53,841 nucleotides of DNA from Girardia tigrina (Eukaryota): positions 1 through 53,841 of the forward strand of contig MQRK01236146.1 in the NCBI GenBank assembly GCA_001938485.1. The letters run 5' to 3'. Of the stretch, positions 35,420-48,292 are shown in pieces (positions within the stretch are counted from its first letter, which is position 1; every line of letters starts with the position of its first letter). Position numbers and translations under genes: made by a program. The notes under the pieces were generated by a model. That model worked only from the letters and a program-made list of their open reading frames with translations. It did not search any database and had not been told where the DNA came from.

Positions 35420-38400
35420 TTTTAAAAAATTTTTACTCGTGACATAACTCTTTGATAATCGACAGCCTTCATTTTCATAATAGCTTGCAAGAAGCCTTGG
35501 TAGTTACCTTGCCACAATCTGAAATCGTTCAAGTTATCCATGAGATTACAGACTTATTGTTCGATTTTACCACCACACTCCTTAAAACCCATTAGATACA
35601 TAAATTTAATCCTTTCACTACTGCTCCTACTCAGTGGCGTAGCTAAGGGGGGGGGGTATATGGGGATCGATCCCCCCCGAAATATTTTCAAAACATTTTC
35701 CAAACTAAAAATTTACTAACATTTACTAAATATACTAAAAATAATTTTCCGTTATATCATTTTTATTTAATAAAATTCTTGAGGGTTTAAAATTTAATAA
35801 AATACACATTAATAATTATGAATTTTATCTAGAAGAAAACATTTTCCCTAATATTGATAATTTTAATTGATTCTCAATTAATTTACTCTAAGATTACTCT
35901 TATAAATATATCATTAATGAAAGATTTAATCTGGTTTAATAAAATTTGATTTCAGTAACATCATCATGCAGGGTAACATGATATCACCGGTTTTTTGACC
36001 AAGATAAAAGAGATCAAAATCCATTTCTGCAGCCTATACTAATTAAAATTTAAACTCAATATTGACTTCAACTTTTGAATCATATATTATTATATCAACT
36101 ATAAATGATACACCTAACTCCTCTTCTGCCGCAAACACTTCAGATCATGTGATGCTTAACAATTACCGTTCCAATTCACTTAAATCACATATCAGTATTT
36201 GAGACTAAAGCATCAAATATATCTTCTCTCAGCAACATGCATGACGTCGTGTCCAAAGTGTGCAGCTATTTCTCAATCTCTCTAAAAAGATCCATTGTTC
36301 TCGAAAATTTTCTATCTGAGAATAATAAATCGAAGCTCACTACTTGGCGAGAATCTCGATGGATTGAAAATCATGATACCATAATTTGATTTATTAAACC
36401 TTTCAAACTGTTAAGGATACTCTGAAACATTTATCATAAGACTACGATTCAGAAACCTAATCAAAGTCAGAAGCCTTTCCGATTGCTATGGAGAAAAGCT
36501 CCTTTTATATCATTATTTGTGGCCAAACATATTGCCTCGTTAACTATTCGACTATCCAAAGCCTTAAAATCAGAATCCTAAGATCTAGCAGCATACATTG
36601 CTCACATTATATCAGTTTTGAGCACACTTAATGGATCTCTTGAGCATAGTCAAGAAACTTTTCATAAAATCTTTTCAGGAGCTGATGAACTTTTAGCACG
36701 TTTATTTTCATATCGTATTGAAATCCCGATTTTCATGACTACTCAGCGCTTTATGTATGGACTTTCTTAGCAGTTCTCATCGTCAGAAGACTATTATAGG
36801 ATGACTGTTTATAGCCTAGTTCTTGACAACGTTGAATGAAAACTGTGTGAAAGGCTCGTTAATCACGAGAAGATATTTTCAATATTAAAAGCTCTCATTC
36901 CTTTCCACTGCCATAAAGTCACCGATATCAACTTTGAAAAGCTTGGCCACTTATATGAAACCTCTGTCGAAAAATGGCTATTGCCATTGGAGTATTGCAT
37001 TAACTCGGAAAAGTAGGTTCAGTGTCTCCCCAAAGACCACTCAGTGACAGCGTTGGAAGCATTTTGTCAATGTGATATCCGCTATGTTCCAAATATTTAA
37101 AAACCTCTACAAATTTTCCTTGCTCTTTTAGTGATAACTGCAACAGAAAAAAGAACATTTTTCGCTCTGATTCAAATTAAAACAAATACAAGAAGTACCA
37201 TTAATAACAACCGACTAAGTGGTCGGGTGATGCTGTCAAAAGTACTTGGACGATTCAGTCAGTGCTGGTTAAGAAGTGGAAGAATTTGGCCAATACCAAG
37301 GACGTCTGGACTTTTTAATATAAATTTAGATCTCGTTATCTTTATTAAATTCTTTATGCCTTATAATTTCTGTAAAATACACTGTAATTTCTATGTCCAG
37401 CCTCTTTTCATTCTTGCTAAACTATAAACAATATTGAAAGGTTTTTCACATGACCGAAAAATCATTAACGATGTCACTGTGTGTGTGAGTGATTATATAT
37501 ATGTGTTAGTTTGTGTGTGAATGTGTGTGAGTGCGTCGTGTTCATCAATATCTCCCGAAATGAAATCCAGGCTACATTCCTGCTTCTACTTCTGCGACAT
37601 TGATGTGCCTATAATTGTCGGTTTTCCTTAGCACTGATGCGTTTTCAATTATACTTCCTTGGACTTCTATATCCATACCAATAGTTACAGAAATGGCCTC
37701 ACACCAAATGATGCTCTCCATGTAGTCACCTATCCTTCATGTACCTGTACACGGATCCAGTTCCTTTTGTATTGTTAAAATCCATTTGCTTTTCTCATAG
37801 AATTCTCAGCTTATTTTTTCGTCCCACTTTTCTTCACTAAGCCGTTTCAAATATGCTTATGATGGATGTCGCTAACTAGTTACTGGATTTATTCCCAATT
37901 GTTGTCCAAATAATGAATACAATTCACGACGCAAAATTGATTTCGCATCATGCTCATTTCTAACTGGATTATCCCTCTGTCATCTCACTACACCTCGGTT
38001 CTTGCAAACCTTTATACCTAAAACTCGAACCTCATCAGTCAAGGACAAATTTTCAGCTTTTTTTACACTGGAGACCAAAATTTTTATACACGCTTTCTAC
38101 TTCTTCAGCTTAAATCGTACCTTCATTTACATAATTATAATCTATGTAAGAATAAGTGTTTTTTGTATCTTAATGTCAAAATGCAAAATCCACCTCACGA
38201 TTTCGGTCATTATGGTTGGTGAGATTTTTAAATCGAAACTCATCCTCATTAAGGCATACTTCTTGTTGTTGATAGTGCATGATTGGTAGTCCCACATTTC
38301 TTTGTGAATATTAATCTTCATATACGCTTCCGACAGATCGAGAATAGAGAATGTCTAGACTCTGAGTAGTCTATCACATAACTTTTGGAAACAAACGTCA

Positions 38401-39365
38401 AATGAACAGTTATTTACATCCACGTAATTATTCTGTTTTCGAAAATTCGATTTTACCACCACACTCCTTAAACCCCATTTGATACATAAATTTAATCCTT
38501 TCACCACTGCTTCTACTTCTGCGACATTGATGTACCTACAATTGTCGGTTTTCCTTAACCATGATGCTTTCTCAATTATGCGCTCTTGGACTTCTAACTC
38601 CATACTGTTGTTAACTGTAACGGCCTTTGTTGGCAGCGCTTTGAACTGTGACAGGAGAGAACCGGTGCCTGGACACCCCCTGTTTGTTTCTTGATCGGCA
38701 GTATCTTGCTATTTGAAACAATTTCTGACATTTTTAGCAAATTAACTGCCTATTTGACTGTCATTAGTGCTCCTTGTGATTGATGTATGACCCCTTAGTA
38801 ACTTTTACACCGATTTTGTCAGATTTACCCGACCGCCCGGGCTCTCTTACTCCTTGACGTTCCGGTTTTCTATCGCGGCCATAGAACCCTGCAATAAACA
38901 TCATTTAATCCCTAAGTACCTGCGGCTGTATTCAATTATTTCGGTCAACAGTTGATTGCCCGCCCGTTCCAAGTCAATCTGCAGTTCGAATGGTAGTCTG
39001 ACCATAAAGGTCACCTTCTCTAAATCATCTACCTTTGATGTTAACATCTTTACCTGCAACACAATGTCGTCAATTGCCTCCCCCTCATTATACTGCAATT
39101 TAATTTAATTTGATAGTAGGTGAGGCGTTAATCTAAATGAATTTGTCAATATCTTAAAAACAGTGTCACAATTGCTATGATGCTTTTCATATAATTATAT
39201 ATTTTATTTCAGCGCCACTTCTATCAGTAGGAAGGCGAAATAAGGAGCTAGAAAATAGGAGCTCGTTTGTCTTCTGGATATTCATAAAGATTTCAAATTT
39301 CTTTTTCCAGATCTTGAAACTGCCGCATTAGCCAAATTTTCCAATATGATTTTTATATCGTTCAT
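35420..39365 (-). mobile_element. Degenerate Gypsy-type gag-pol (gag ~38700-39365, RT ~37750-38400, RNase H split by the hAT and duplicated at 38445-38600)
   Basis: SILDLSEAYMKINIH (RT), INVAEVEAVVKGLNLC.KWGLRSVVVKSN (RNase H), Gag QYNEGEAIDD and a decayed CFK..D knuckle. Confidence 0.8.
35632..37582 (+). mobile_element. hAT element (THAP12/ZMYM1-like transposase remnant) with 8-bp TSD
   Basis: CAGTGGCGTAGCT / GGCTACATTCCTG ends; TSD CTCCTACT/CTTCTACT; motifs ESRWIENHD, LSKALKS, TATEKRTFFAL..IKTNTRSTI.NNRLSG. Confidence 0.88.
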
Positions 39366-39439
39366 TATCGCCCCGTTAGCTTGTAACAACTGTTGGGATC
39401 ACAGTGGGATCGTAAAGATGTTGAAATGTTTGATTTCGA

Positions 39440-39745
39440 ATTGGTTGGTTATGATTAATGCTAGGATTCATCATACGCGGAAGGTGTCATAGATTTTAGA
39501 GGGAACTTACCATACCCTGATATTTCTAACTCCGTATCCTCCAATGATGAATCATATAGAAGAGGTCTTTTCGAAAGTGAAGCTTTCGGCCCGAAACTTT
39601 TTGACACATCCATCGAATACTTTTCTTTGGTGGATATAATTGGTGAATCTATCGTTACTGTTACAATTACGAACTGTAGAAACTATTACTCAAATATGTG
39701 CATGAAGTTACTGGCTGCTGTTACTAAAGAGCCTTGGCGATTTTA
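39440..39745 (+). mobile_element. Tc1/IS630-type DDE transposase C-terminal fragment
   Basis: VMINARIHH...LIFLTPYPPMMNHIEEVFSKVK matches the DNA.IH...LPPYSP.LNPIE.VFS.VK motif. Confidence 0.75.
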
Positions 39746-42268
39746 GATGTTTTATGATTTTTATGTACATTTATATGTATTACATGTATATTTAATGTAC
39801 ATATTATACACCTTTTTATGTATTAAATTGTCAGATTTGTATTTTTTGTACTTGTTGAATTTTGTTTTGAAACTATTCATTACTAGATTTGCTATTTAGT
39901 GATGATGTTTTCTCCGGATATTTTTATGATTATCAACATTTTACAATGTGTTTATTTATAATGTGTTTTATTTTATTTTATAATATGTTTTTTTATTAAT
40001 TTCATTATTATAAAAGGTTTATGATCTTGGTTTAACTTGAAATGAAAAAAAGTTTAACTTGAAGTGAAAAACCTGTATTAATTATTTATTATGAGTTAAG
40101 GAACTATATTACTTAAGTTTTATTTTTTCTAAACTTGTGTTTTATAAAATTGTATTTAATAAGCTAATTTAATTATAATTTCACTTGTCTATTATTTTCT
40201 TATTTAGTATTTTGGTAAACAATTTCGTATTATTACTTTCAAAAATTTTCCTTTTGTTGGGTTCTTGATCAAGAGTATAATTCATTAACACCAAAACTTT
40301 ATTAATAACACAAATAACAATTATTTAAACAATTTTTCTTGAGGAACTTTTTGTTTTCTTTCGAGCAAATTTCTTATACATAAAAATATGGAATTATAAA
40401 TACTGATAAGTTATTTATTAAAATGCGATTTTAGAAATTAAAATTTTTTCATTAATTTTATAGATTAGTATTATATTATTTGATAAAATTTAATTTAAAA
40501 TCAGTATAAAATCAAAATTTATTTTAACCAAACAAAAGAGTTTAACGTATTATTTACTATCAATATTTAAATTTAAAATACAATTTTTATTATTTGAAAT
40601 ACAGGTTACGATTTATAATACACTTGATGAATTTATAATACCAAAATATTTTATTTAAGCAATATTTAAATTTATTATTANNNNNNNNNNNNNNNNNNNN
40701 NNNNNNNNNNNNNNNNNNNNNNNNNNNNNNNNNNNNNNNNNNNNNNNNNNNNNNNNNNNNNNNNNNNNNNNNNNNNNNNNNNNNNNNNNNNNNNNNNNNN
40801 NNNNNNNNNNNNNNNNNNNNNNNNNNNNNNNNNNNNNNNNNNNNNNNNNNNNNNNNNNNNNNNNNNNNNNNNNNNNNNNNNNNNNNNNNNNNNNNNNNNN
40901 NNNNNNNNNNNNNNNNNNNNNNNNNNNNNNNNNNNNNNNNNNNNNNNNNNNNNNNNNNNNNNAGATATTTAGTTATAACTGTTTTATAACTTTTGATTTT
41001 AAATGTTTTTTTCTTTTTTTTAGAGATTATTTACAAAAATTAATTATTCAAAAATTTAAAGAATGAGCCCGTCCTTCACACCTTTGACTTTTAATTCCTA
41101 ACACTTATTATTATCATTAATGATAATATTAATATTAATAATAACAATAATAATTATTTTAAAATATCATTTATTTAAATAATGAATTTCAATTGTAAAG
41201 CAATATCTCGTTGTTAATTAAGCTAATGTGAAGCTAATTCAATATAAGATTAAATTACTAAAAACTTATTATATTTTTACTTAAGGATAATAAGACGATA
41301 AATAAAACAAAAAAAATGTATTAACAGTGAAACAAATCAGAAAATGTATAAAAAAGAGGGTGCAATAAGAAAAATCAAAGGTATTTTTAATTATTATTTT
41401 ACTGATTAATGTTGGTTAAGTTAATTTATTTGTTTTCCTTTGTTAAAATGAAAAATAAAAAGGTTTCAATTGAAATAAAATAAGTAATTTCCCTTATATT
41501 AATCTGTTTGAAAACAGATTTCGTAAAATTAAAAGATAAAAGACAGCTATTCCTATGCAGCTCCACTACTTAACACGTACGTAATAAAGTCATGATTGAC
41601 TGAGTCCATCCAAGGTCAACAATTCATCTTTCATGAGTCCACATTGGTGCAGCATATGGTCGGTAAACACAAATTACGGTTTTACACTGTTAGGGTCTGA
41701 CAATAAGAAAACTAACTTAGGAATTCGTTGCCTTTTCCTGTGTTATTTCCTGAGCATTACACCTTGGATTAAGTGTTTGTGAATTTGAGAAAGTTTTCTC
41801 CCGTGCTCAATGAAATCGATTTCACATCCCCACACATCACTAATCGTCCGTACTCCTCTGATGCCAATAGAATTTCTTTGATATGTGACTCCGACACTAC
41901 AGTGAATTCAAAAGTCTATACCGATTTAATCGAGCATGGTTCGAGAAAAAAGAAGAACAAATTGAGCATAGATCAATCCGCTGAAGAACTTTATCTATTC
42001 AATTTAAATGAAGAAGCGAATCATGGAAGCTTTTCGATCGACTTTGTTAATTTCCAATTTGTGATATTTAATTAGATGATATTATGAATTATTTGTTAAA
42101 TGGGAAATTGATACGTATTTCTTATGATAAAACAACGTGCTTTCCCCAATTTCGTGTTTTTGTTAAAATAATTGAAGATTAATATTGCTATAAAAAATTA
42201 TTAATCAAAACGAGATAATAATTAAGAAAATTGAAAAAAAAATATTATATAGTAAAAAAATGATTATA

Positions 42269-43766
42269 CTTAGGCTGTCCCAAAAGTCCTCAGGTGGCCT
42301 TTAAAAACACACTAATATTTTACCAAATTTAACCAAATTCGGAATGAATATTATTCAGACTGTCATAAATACTGTGTTAAAATTTCAAAGTATAAAATTG
42401 TAAACTTAGCAAAAACATAATATTATTAACCAACAAAAAAAAATAGATGCAGCAAATTTAAAAATTTATTTAAAAATATTTTAAAAATTTCTTAAGCAAC
42501 AACATATTCACCATTGTTGTCAATAACCAAATGTCAATAGTTAAAAAGTTTATCTAGTTGATTTCTTAATGTTTCTGTTGATAAAGAATTAAAAAAAGAA
42601 TTTACAAGCTTCTTCAATTTCTTCATGTGATTTGAAAACATGATTTGTAAAACTTTTCTTCATTTTTGAAAACAAGAATCTGTCACACAGATTAAAATCT
42701 GGACTATAGGGCGATTGATAATTTTTTCAATTTTTCTTCTTTCAAAAAAAAGAGTTGTTTCTTTGCTAGAATGAGATCTTGCATTATCATGCCACCACTT
42801 AAGTTCCTTTAGCTTGATGCTGTTAGATCTAAGTTTCCGCCATTTTCACCGGTGTCATGAACAAAGTTCACATACGCCTCGGAATCAATCTTGGTACCAT
42901 ATGGCAGTGCTTTTACATTAGAACGTTTGTTGCAGGTAAAGGTTACGAAAACAAGAGATTTTTTATCAGTCATTGGCGATGGCTTTATCACTTTTGGTGG
43001 AATAGCATTAGAGGGAATCCAAACTTTGTGATCTTCTTTCTTTTCTCTACCTTAGAAAAAGACCCATGTCTCATCCTCGATCGCTATGTTGGAATATTCT
43101 TCATCACCCATCTGTGAAATTACATGGCGTATATGCTTTGCAGTGTTAATGCGTTGTTGTTTATTAGCAGCAGAAAGTTCGTGAGGGACCCAAACAGAGC
43201 AAACTTTTTTGTAATGAAGTTTTTCACGCAAAATTTTGTGGACTGTATTTTTGCATAAAGAAAGTTCATTTTCAATATAACGCGAAAACGTATTTGGAGC
43301 TTCATCAATCACTTCTTTGACTGCTTTAATCTTTTCATCGTCTATTAATGACGGCCTGCCACTTCTTGATGAATCGTCGAAGGACGTCCGCTTTTCTTTT
43401 TTAAAATCAGTCAACCATTGTTGAATAGTTTTCAGTGCTAGGTGATTTACGTCTTCCCATGCCTGCTGAAGTTTCTGAAGAATTTCTGAAGCAGAGAACC
43501 CTCTTTTACTTTGAATTAGAACAAAAAAAACGTTGGTAACATTTATTTGGTTCCATTGTTAAAAACCGCTTGATTTGAATTCGCTGCACTTTTAAAATTT
43601 CAATACTTTAATAAAACAAAATTTTACTTTTTTGTAATTTTATGCTTTGAAATTTTAACACAGTATTTATGACAGTCTAAATAATATTCAGTCCAAATTT
43701 GGTTAAATTTAGTAAAATATTAGTGTGTTTTTAAAGGCCACGTGAGGATTTTTGGGACAGCCTAAG
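42269..43766 (-). mobile_element. Full-length mariner (DD34D) with ~135-bp TIRs, frameshifted transposase
   Basis: TIRs CTTAGGCTGTCCCAAAA... (42269-~42403 / ~43633-43766) flanked by TA. Motifs RSGRP, WVPHELS, EDETW, HDNARSH and SPYSPDFNLCD, with ~34 aa between the second and third Asp. Confidence 0.95.
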
Positions 43767-45452
43767 TATATAGCAACTTCAGTACTTGACCAGGGAGGGG
43801 TTGGGCTTAGGGGACGCATGGTTCTTTAAAAGACTGCTGTGTTGAGCGAGATTGCTCGCGGCAATGAAAGGACAAGAGATATATGAGATCAGTGTAATAA
43901 TGAGAGTCGAGAATGATGACGGAGAGATACTTTCCATAATTTTTTCACCTCCAATCAGGAGAAACCCCACCTACGCTGTAGTCACGCTACTGTACCAACT
44001 TTGCGACTATTAAGCAATGATAAACGACGGATAGTTCTTGTTGATTATCAGAAAGCCACCGCTGCTTTCGCAACATCCGCGTTGTGTAACACCAGTTATG
44101 CAAACGCACAATGCAATTAATCGTTTTTCTGAGAGTGTTATGAAAGAGATAAGTTCTTGTTTTCTTGATTCAATGCAAGTTAAGGTAACCAACAAGTTGT
44201 TCACTCCAATATTTTAATCCTCTTTTATAATCACTTTTGTATTTATTTTATAAAATTCCTCTTTAAGTTAACTCGACTTTCTCATTTAGAGAATGAGTTC
44301 AAATAATAATAAAATCAGTTCTTAACACCAAACAACCCATGACATATAATCTATTTAATTACATGCGGACCCCATTAAACCTTTGCCTTTCGTGTTAAAA
44401 CTTTTAAAACAATCTATATATGCTCTAACTAAGAAAATTATGTGGTTAAATCGGCGACCCAATCAATACCAAGAGAGAAAAATAGGTGTCCTTTTTATAG
44501 GACAGTCGTATTATTAGAGTACTAAACTTTTTAATACACAGCAATAATATAAAAAACACGCATCACTAAGCTATTGTGGGCGAGTGTGGTATGCATGAAA
44601 GCAAAGAGGATGAAGAGTTACAGAATACTGAATGCACTTAAATTTCGCCTTCTGGTGGCATTCTGTCTTTTTTTGTCATCAAATGGAGCAGAAATAGGGG
44701 CTTGTTTACGTGATGTACTGATATCAATAGAAAGAGAAATGCTTGCTTAATCAGAAAATCGTGTTTAAGTGAAAAAATATAGTAGTATGTCACGACTACT
44801 GTCATTTATATGAGTGTCCTTTAAAAAGGACAGCCGCATGAAAACGGTTAAGTTAATTGCTATTTACATGCCTTAGAAAATATACCCCTAAATAAGAAAC
44901 CCCGGTTCAGGTACTTTTAATTAGGATTGAATATTACATATTTTATTTTAGTATTAGAACATAATTGTATTTAATAACATCCTGTATGGCTTATTACTTA
45001 ATTATTTTAACTACATTTTCCTTCTATACAAAATATTTTACTGGAATAAAATATAAATATTTTAAAAAATACTTAAAGTTTCCTCAAGTACCTATTTTAC
45101 GAAAGCAAGTTTCCTTGGAAGTGCGATTGCTACCGACGATGCGAATTGTAAACTCTTAAAACTAGCCAGAAGTTATAATGTTATAAGATGCTGGAAGCAC
45201 TTTATCTTCTTCTATGATTGCAAATTTTCTTTAATACAAAATAAAAATTGTTTACGACATTCGATATAATAATTTTGTTACAACAGTTTAACAATGTACA
45301 TTTCGCGTACTCTATCATATATTAAAATAATCTTTTTTCTCTTTTTATTAATTCTTTAAGTAATATTGCAAATAATTCTTAAAGTACTCTATTATATAAT
45401 AAATGTTTTTTTTTCGTTAATTGATAACGCTATTTTTTCGTCAAAGATCCTT

Positions 45453-46919
45453 TTACCGACTACTAGCGCTATGTTGACGATTTAAATGACATGGTAAGGA
45501 TGTATTTGTATTTTGACCGGTGACATTGTTGACCCGGTTTATACCGCTAAACAATGAGTTGTCTATTTTATCCGACGGTACCCAAGGATGTAACAAAACC
45601 TCGTCTAGATTCAATCTATCATTTGGATTTAACTTCAGACATCGATCCAAAATACTAATAGCTCCTTTACTGATTTCTTTACATTTCAATAGCGACATTC
45701 GACTTACAAACGAATTCAATGGTTCTTTTGATAAAATATTACGCGCTTTTCCTTGATAACCAAAAAATAATTCCAATAATATGCAACCCAATGCAAAAAC
45801 TGTGGCTTTGTCATAAGACACAATTGTTCCCGGAGCACTATCAGCTTCCGGAGGCAAATAATCAAATGTACCCATCAATGTTTCACCCGATCTTTTCACT
45901 TCATCTACGGTGACTTGATCTAAAGCCGTATACATCGCCCACCCAAAGTCTATGATGCACAATCTTCCCGTGTCGGTATTTAACAAAAAATTGTCCAATT
46001 TTACGTCCCGGTGTTTGATAAATTTATTCCGTAAATCATAGAGAATGTAGACCATTTGAGAAAACAAATGTTGTATTTGAGTTTCAGTCAAAACTCCCTT
46101 TTCGGCCAACACATCAAGCGGGATAGATTTATGATCGTCTTCCATTATCAGATAATAATTCGTTGATGTTTGAAACAGACCGATTGGTTTTTTAACCCCT
46201 TGTACATTATTACACAAAACTAACATCGCGTACTCGATTTTAGATGATTGCTCACAGTCCATGAAGTAACTTTTAACGACTACCGGAGTACCGGTGCTTA
46301 TCAATCGAGCCCTATATACGCGTCCTTCTCCTCCGTGTCCAATTGCACTCATACCCTCAACCAAATCGTGAATTTTGCTGATCGTTAAAAAGCTCAAGAA
46401 CGAATTGACAGGCGACACGGACTTCAAGTTATCGGATTCGAAATTATTCAACAAGTTCGTACTGTCGGTCTCTTTTAATTTTACAATCTTTTCCGTGAAC
46501 TTATTAAAGATTTTGCTCAAAACGTTCGTCGCGTGAGCAACATATTTATCGAAACTATTACAATAATCCGCCAGACAGTTATTTTGTTTCAATTTCGATT
46601 CGATTATCCGTTCTAAATTGCGATTTTGTGTTCGGATTCCGTTCAATTTTCTCGCGAGTTCGTGAATCTTTTGCTCGATATCCGTCACATTTTCCTGAGT
46701 TTCAATAGTTTCAATGTCTAATTCATTGATTATTCCGTCAGTGTTCAATTGAGACGAGAATGCGCTGTCGGAAATCGAACTGAAATTCGAACATTGCGGA
46801 ACGCAATTACTCAAACGCTGTTGGAAGGCAAATACGGATGATGGGGTGGTTTCCGGTGGATTTTTCGAATCACTGTTAGTCTTATGGGCTACAGTGTCGG
46901 TCTTATCTCCTGAGATCAT
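45453..46919 (-). CDS. Intronless PIM-like Ser/Thr protein kinase with N-terminal Ser-rich and coiled-coil regions (488 aa)
   Basis: GHGGEGRVY, VVVK, HRDVKLDN, DFG, GTFDYLPPE, ATVFALG and RCLKLNPNDRLNLDEVLLHPW; ATV in subdomain IX and the C-lobe resemble PIM kinases. Confidence 0.88.
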   Translation of the reverse strand: MISGDKTDTVAHKTNSDSKNPPETTPSSVFAFQQRLSNCVPQCSNFSSISDSAFSSQLNTDGIINELDIETIETQENVTDIEQKIHELARKLNGIRTQNRNLERIIESKLKQNNCLADYCNSFDKYVAHATNVLSKIFNKFTEKIVKLKETDSTNLLNNFESDNLKSVSPVNSFLSFLTISKIHDLVEGMSAIGHGGEGRVYRARLISTGTPVVVKSYFMDCEQSSKIEYAMLVLCNNVQGVKKPIGLFQTSTNYYLIMEDDHKSIPLDVLAEKGVLTETQIQHLFSQMVYILYDLRNKFIKHRDVKLDNFLLNTDTGRLCIIDFGWAMYTALDQVTVDEVKRSGETLMGTFDYLPPEADSAPGTIVSYDKATVFALGCILLELFFGYQGKARNILSKEPLNSFVSRMSLLKCKEISKGAISILDRCLKLNPNDRLNLDEVLLHPWVPSDKIDNSLFSGINRVNNVTGQNTNTSLPCHLNRQHSASSR

Positions 46920-47584
46920 TAGTGGAATTTCATTATTTTACGTATACCCAATTCTTAAAATTATTCTAATAATTATTAATTGATTATTAAATATCAATAA
47001 TAAAACTAGTCAAATAATTTTAAACATTAATCTAAAATTTAAATTTCAAGTGTATATTTTAAGGCCCGGTCTTCATCCTCTTATCAAGCATCATCAGTCG
47101 TGTACTTCGGCATTATTTAGAGGAATCATTTGACTTTCATTCCCATCTATTCTGACTTCAGTATCTTTTTTCTAGAAACAAAAAATAATTTTTAAGGTTT
47201 CGCAAATATCAAAATACTTTAATTAAATTTTTAAATTGTTAAAATTCTTAATATTTTGTCTGATAAATAGAAGTTATTTAAAAATTGTAGTGACCACAGA
47301 ACATAAATAAGCCGTATATTATTTAGTGGCGTAAAATAAATATTTTTATTTATTTATTTATTCTTTTAATTTTAGGGGAGTATCGTCGGTCACCCTCGAA
47401 AGAACAAAATAAAAATTATATAAGCAATAAATAAGAATTTATAGTATAATAATGATAATAAACTTAAAATAAAGTCATTAAACATTATAAATTAACGAAA
47501 TTTTAAATTGTGAAACTGTCATTAATCACCGTGCAAATTTCCTACAATTACCAGTTGAAGGAGATTTCGGCAATTCATTCAATT

Positions 47585-48292
47585 CGGTAGTCAAATATAC
47601 TACTAAACAGCTTTGTATAATTACGCAAAGTCCAAACATGACAAGATCAAGGATGAACTCGCCAAATTCCTTTACAAAAAGTTCGGTAAAGGCACTGTCT
47701 TGACAGGCGACACGGATAAAACATGGAAAATTATGGACATATTTGTCGACCTTGGATCAAACGCCTGGATAATCGAAGTAAAAAGCCCCTGGGAGGCAAA
47801 TAGACAATTCAACGACGCCTACACAAGAGCCTGCGACGATTACCTCGATGTTCAAATGGACCTTATAGAACGTTTTCACAAACTGAGGTTAAGATTTTCC
47901 CTTTTGTCATCGGATGCCTTGGAAGATGGCAACCAGACAACACTCCCCTACTTCACGCCATTGGATGGAATGACGATGAAGTCAAAACTTACACCACAAG
48001 AGTTGCAAAGCGAAACATAGAAATATGCACCAAGCATTATAGCCGACACCTTCTATATATTTCTAACGAAGAAATTAACAGAGACGGCACTGCTTAACAT
48101 TCACGCAGTCAAAAAACCCCCTATTTGCACCCTGTAAGAGAGTGCAACTCTTCGCTGTGACGAAGCGAAGGCAGAGGCGCAAGCCATTAGTCGGTTATCA
48201 AGACATCTCCATGAAAATGTAGATGTTCTGGCATTTGACTTATCTACACCTAAGGGGTGCGTTTAAATTAAATTAAATTAAATTAAATTAAA
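47585..48292 (+). mobile_element. 5'-truncated REL-clade non-LTR retrotransposon (NeSL/R2-group) with 3' UTR and (TAAAT)n tail
   Basis: KHDKIKDEL...MDIF...WIIEVKSPWE...Y, frameshift to PFVIGCLGRW...HYSRH, stop near 48097; hairpin-rich UTR; (TAAAT)5 at ~48264-48291. Confidence 0.85.

Noticed and set aside
41560-42075. ORF 41773-42075 (+), or a Cys-rich receptor-ectodomain-like remnant on - (TICCTNVD)
   Set aside because: Multiple stops on - and no diagnostic motif on either strand; possibly another decayed host fragment but unassignable.
44370-44851. piggyBac-like MITE with TGTCCTTT..AGGACA palindromes; similar weak case at 53002-53234
   Set aside because: Only one convincing TTAA terminus each; matching TIRs could not be established.
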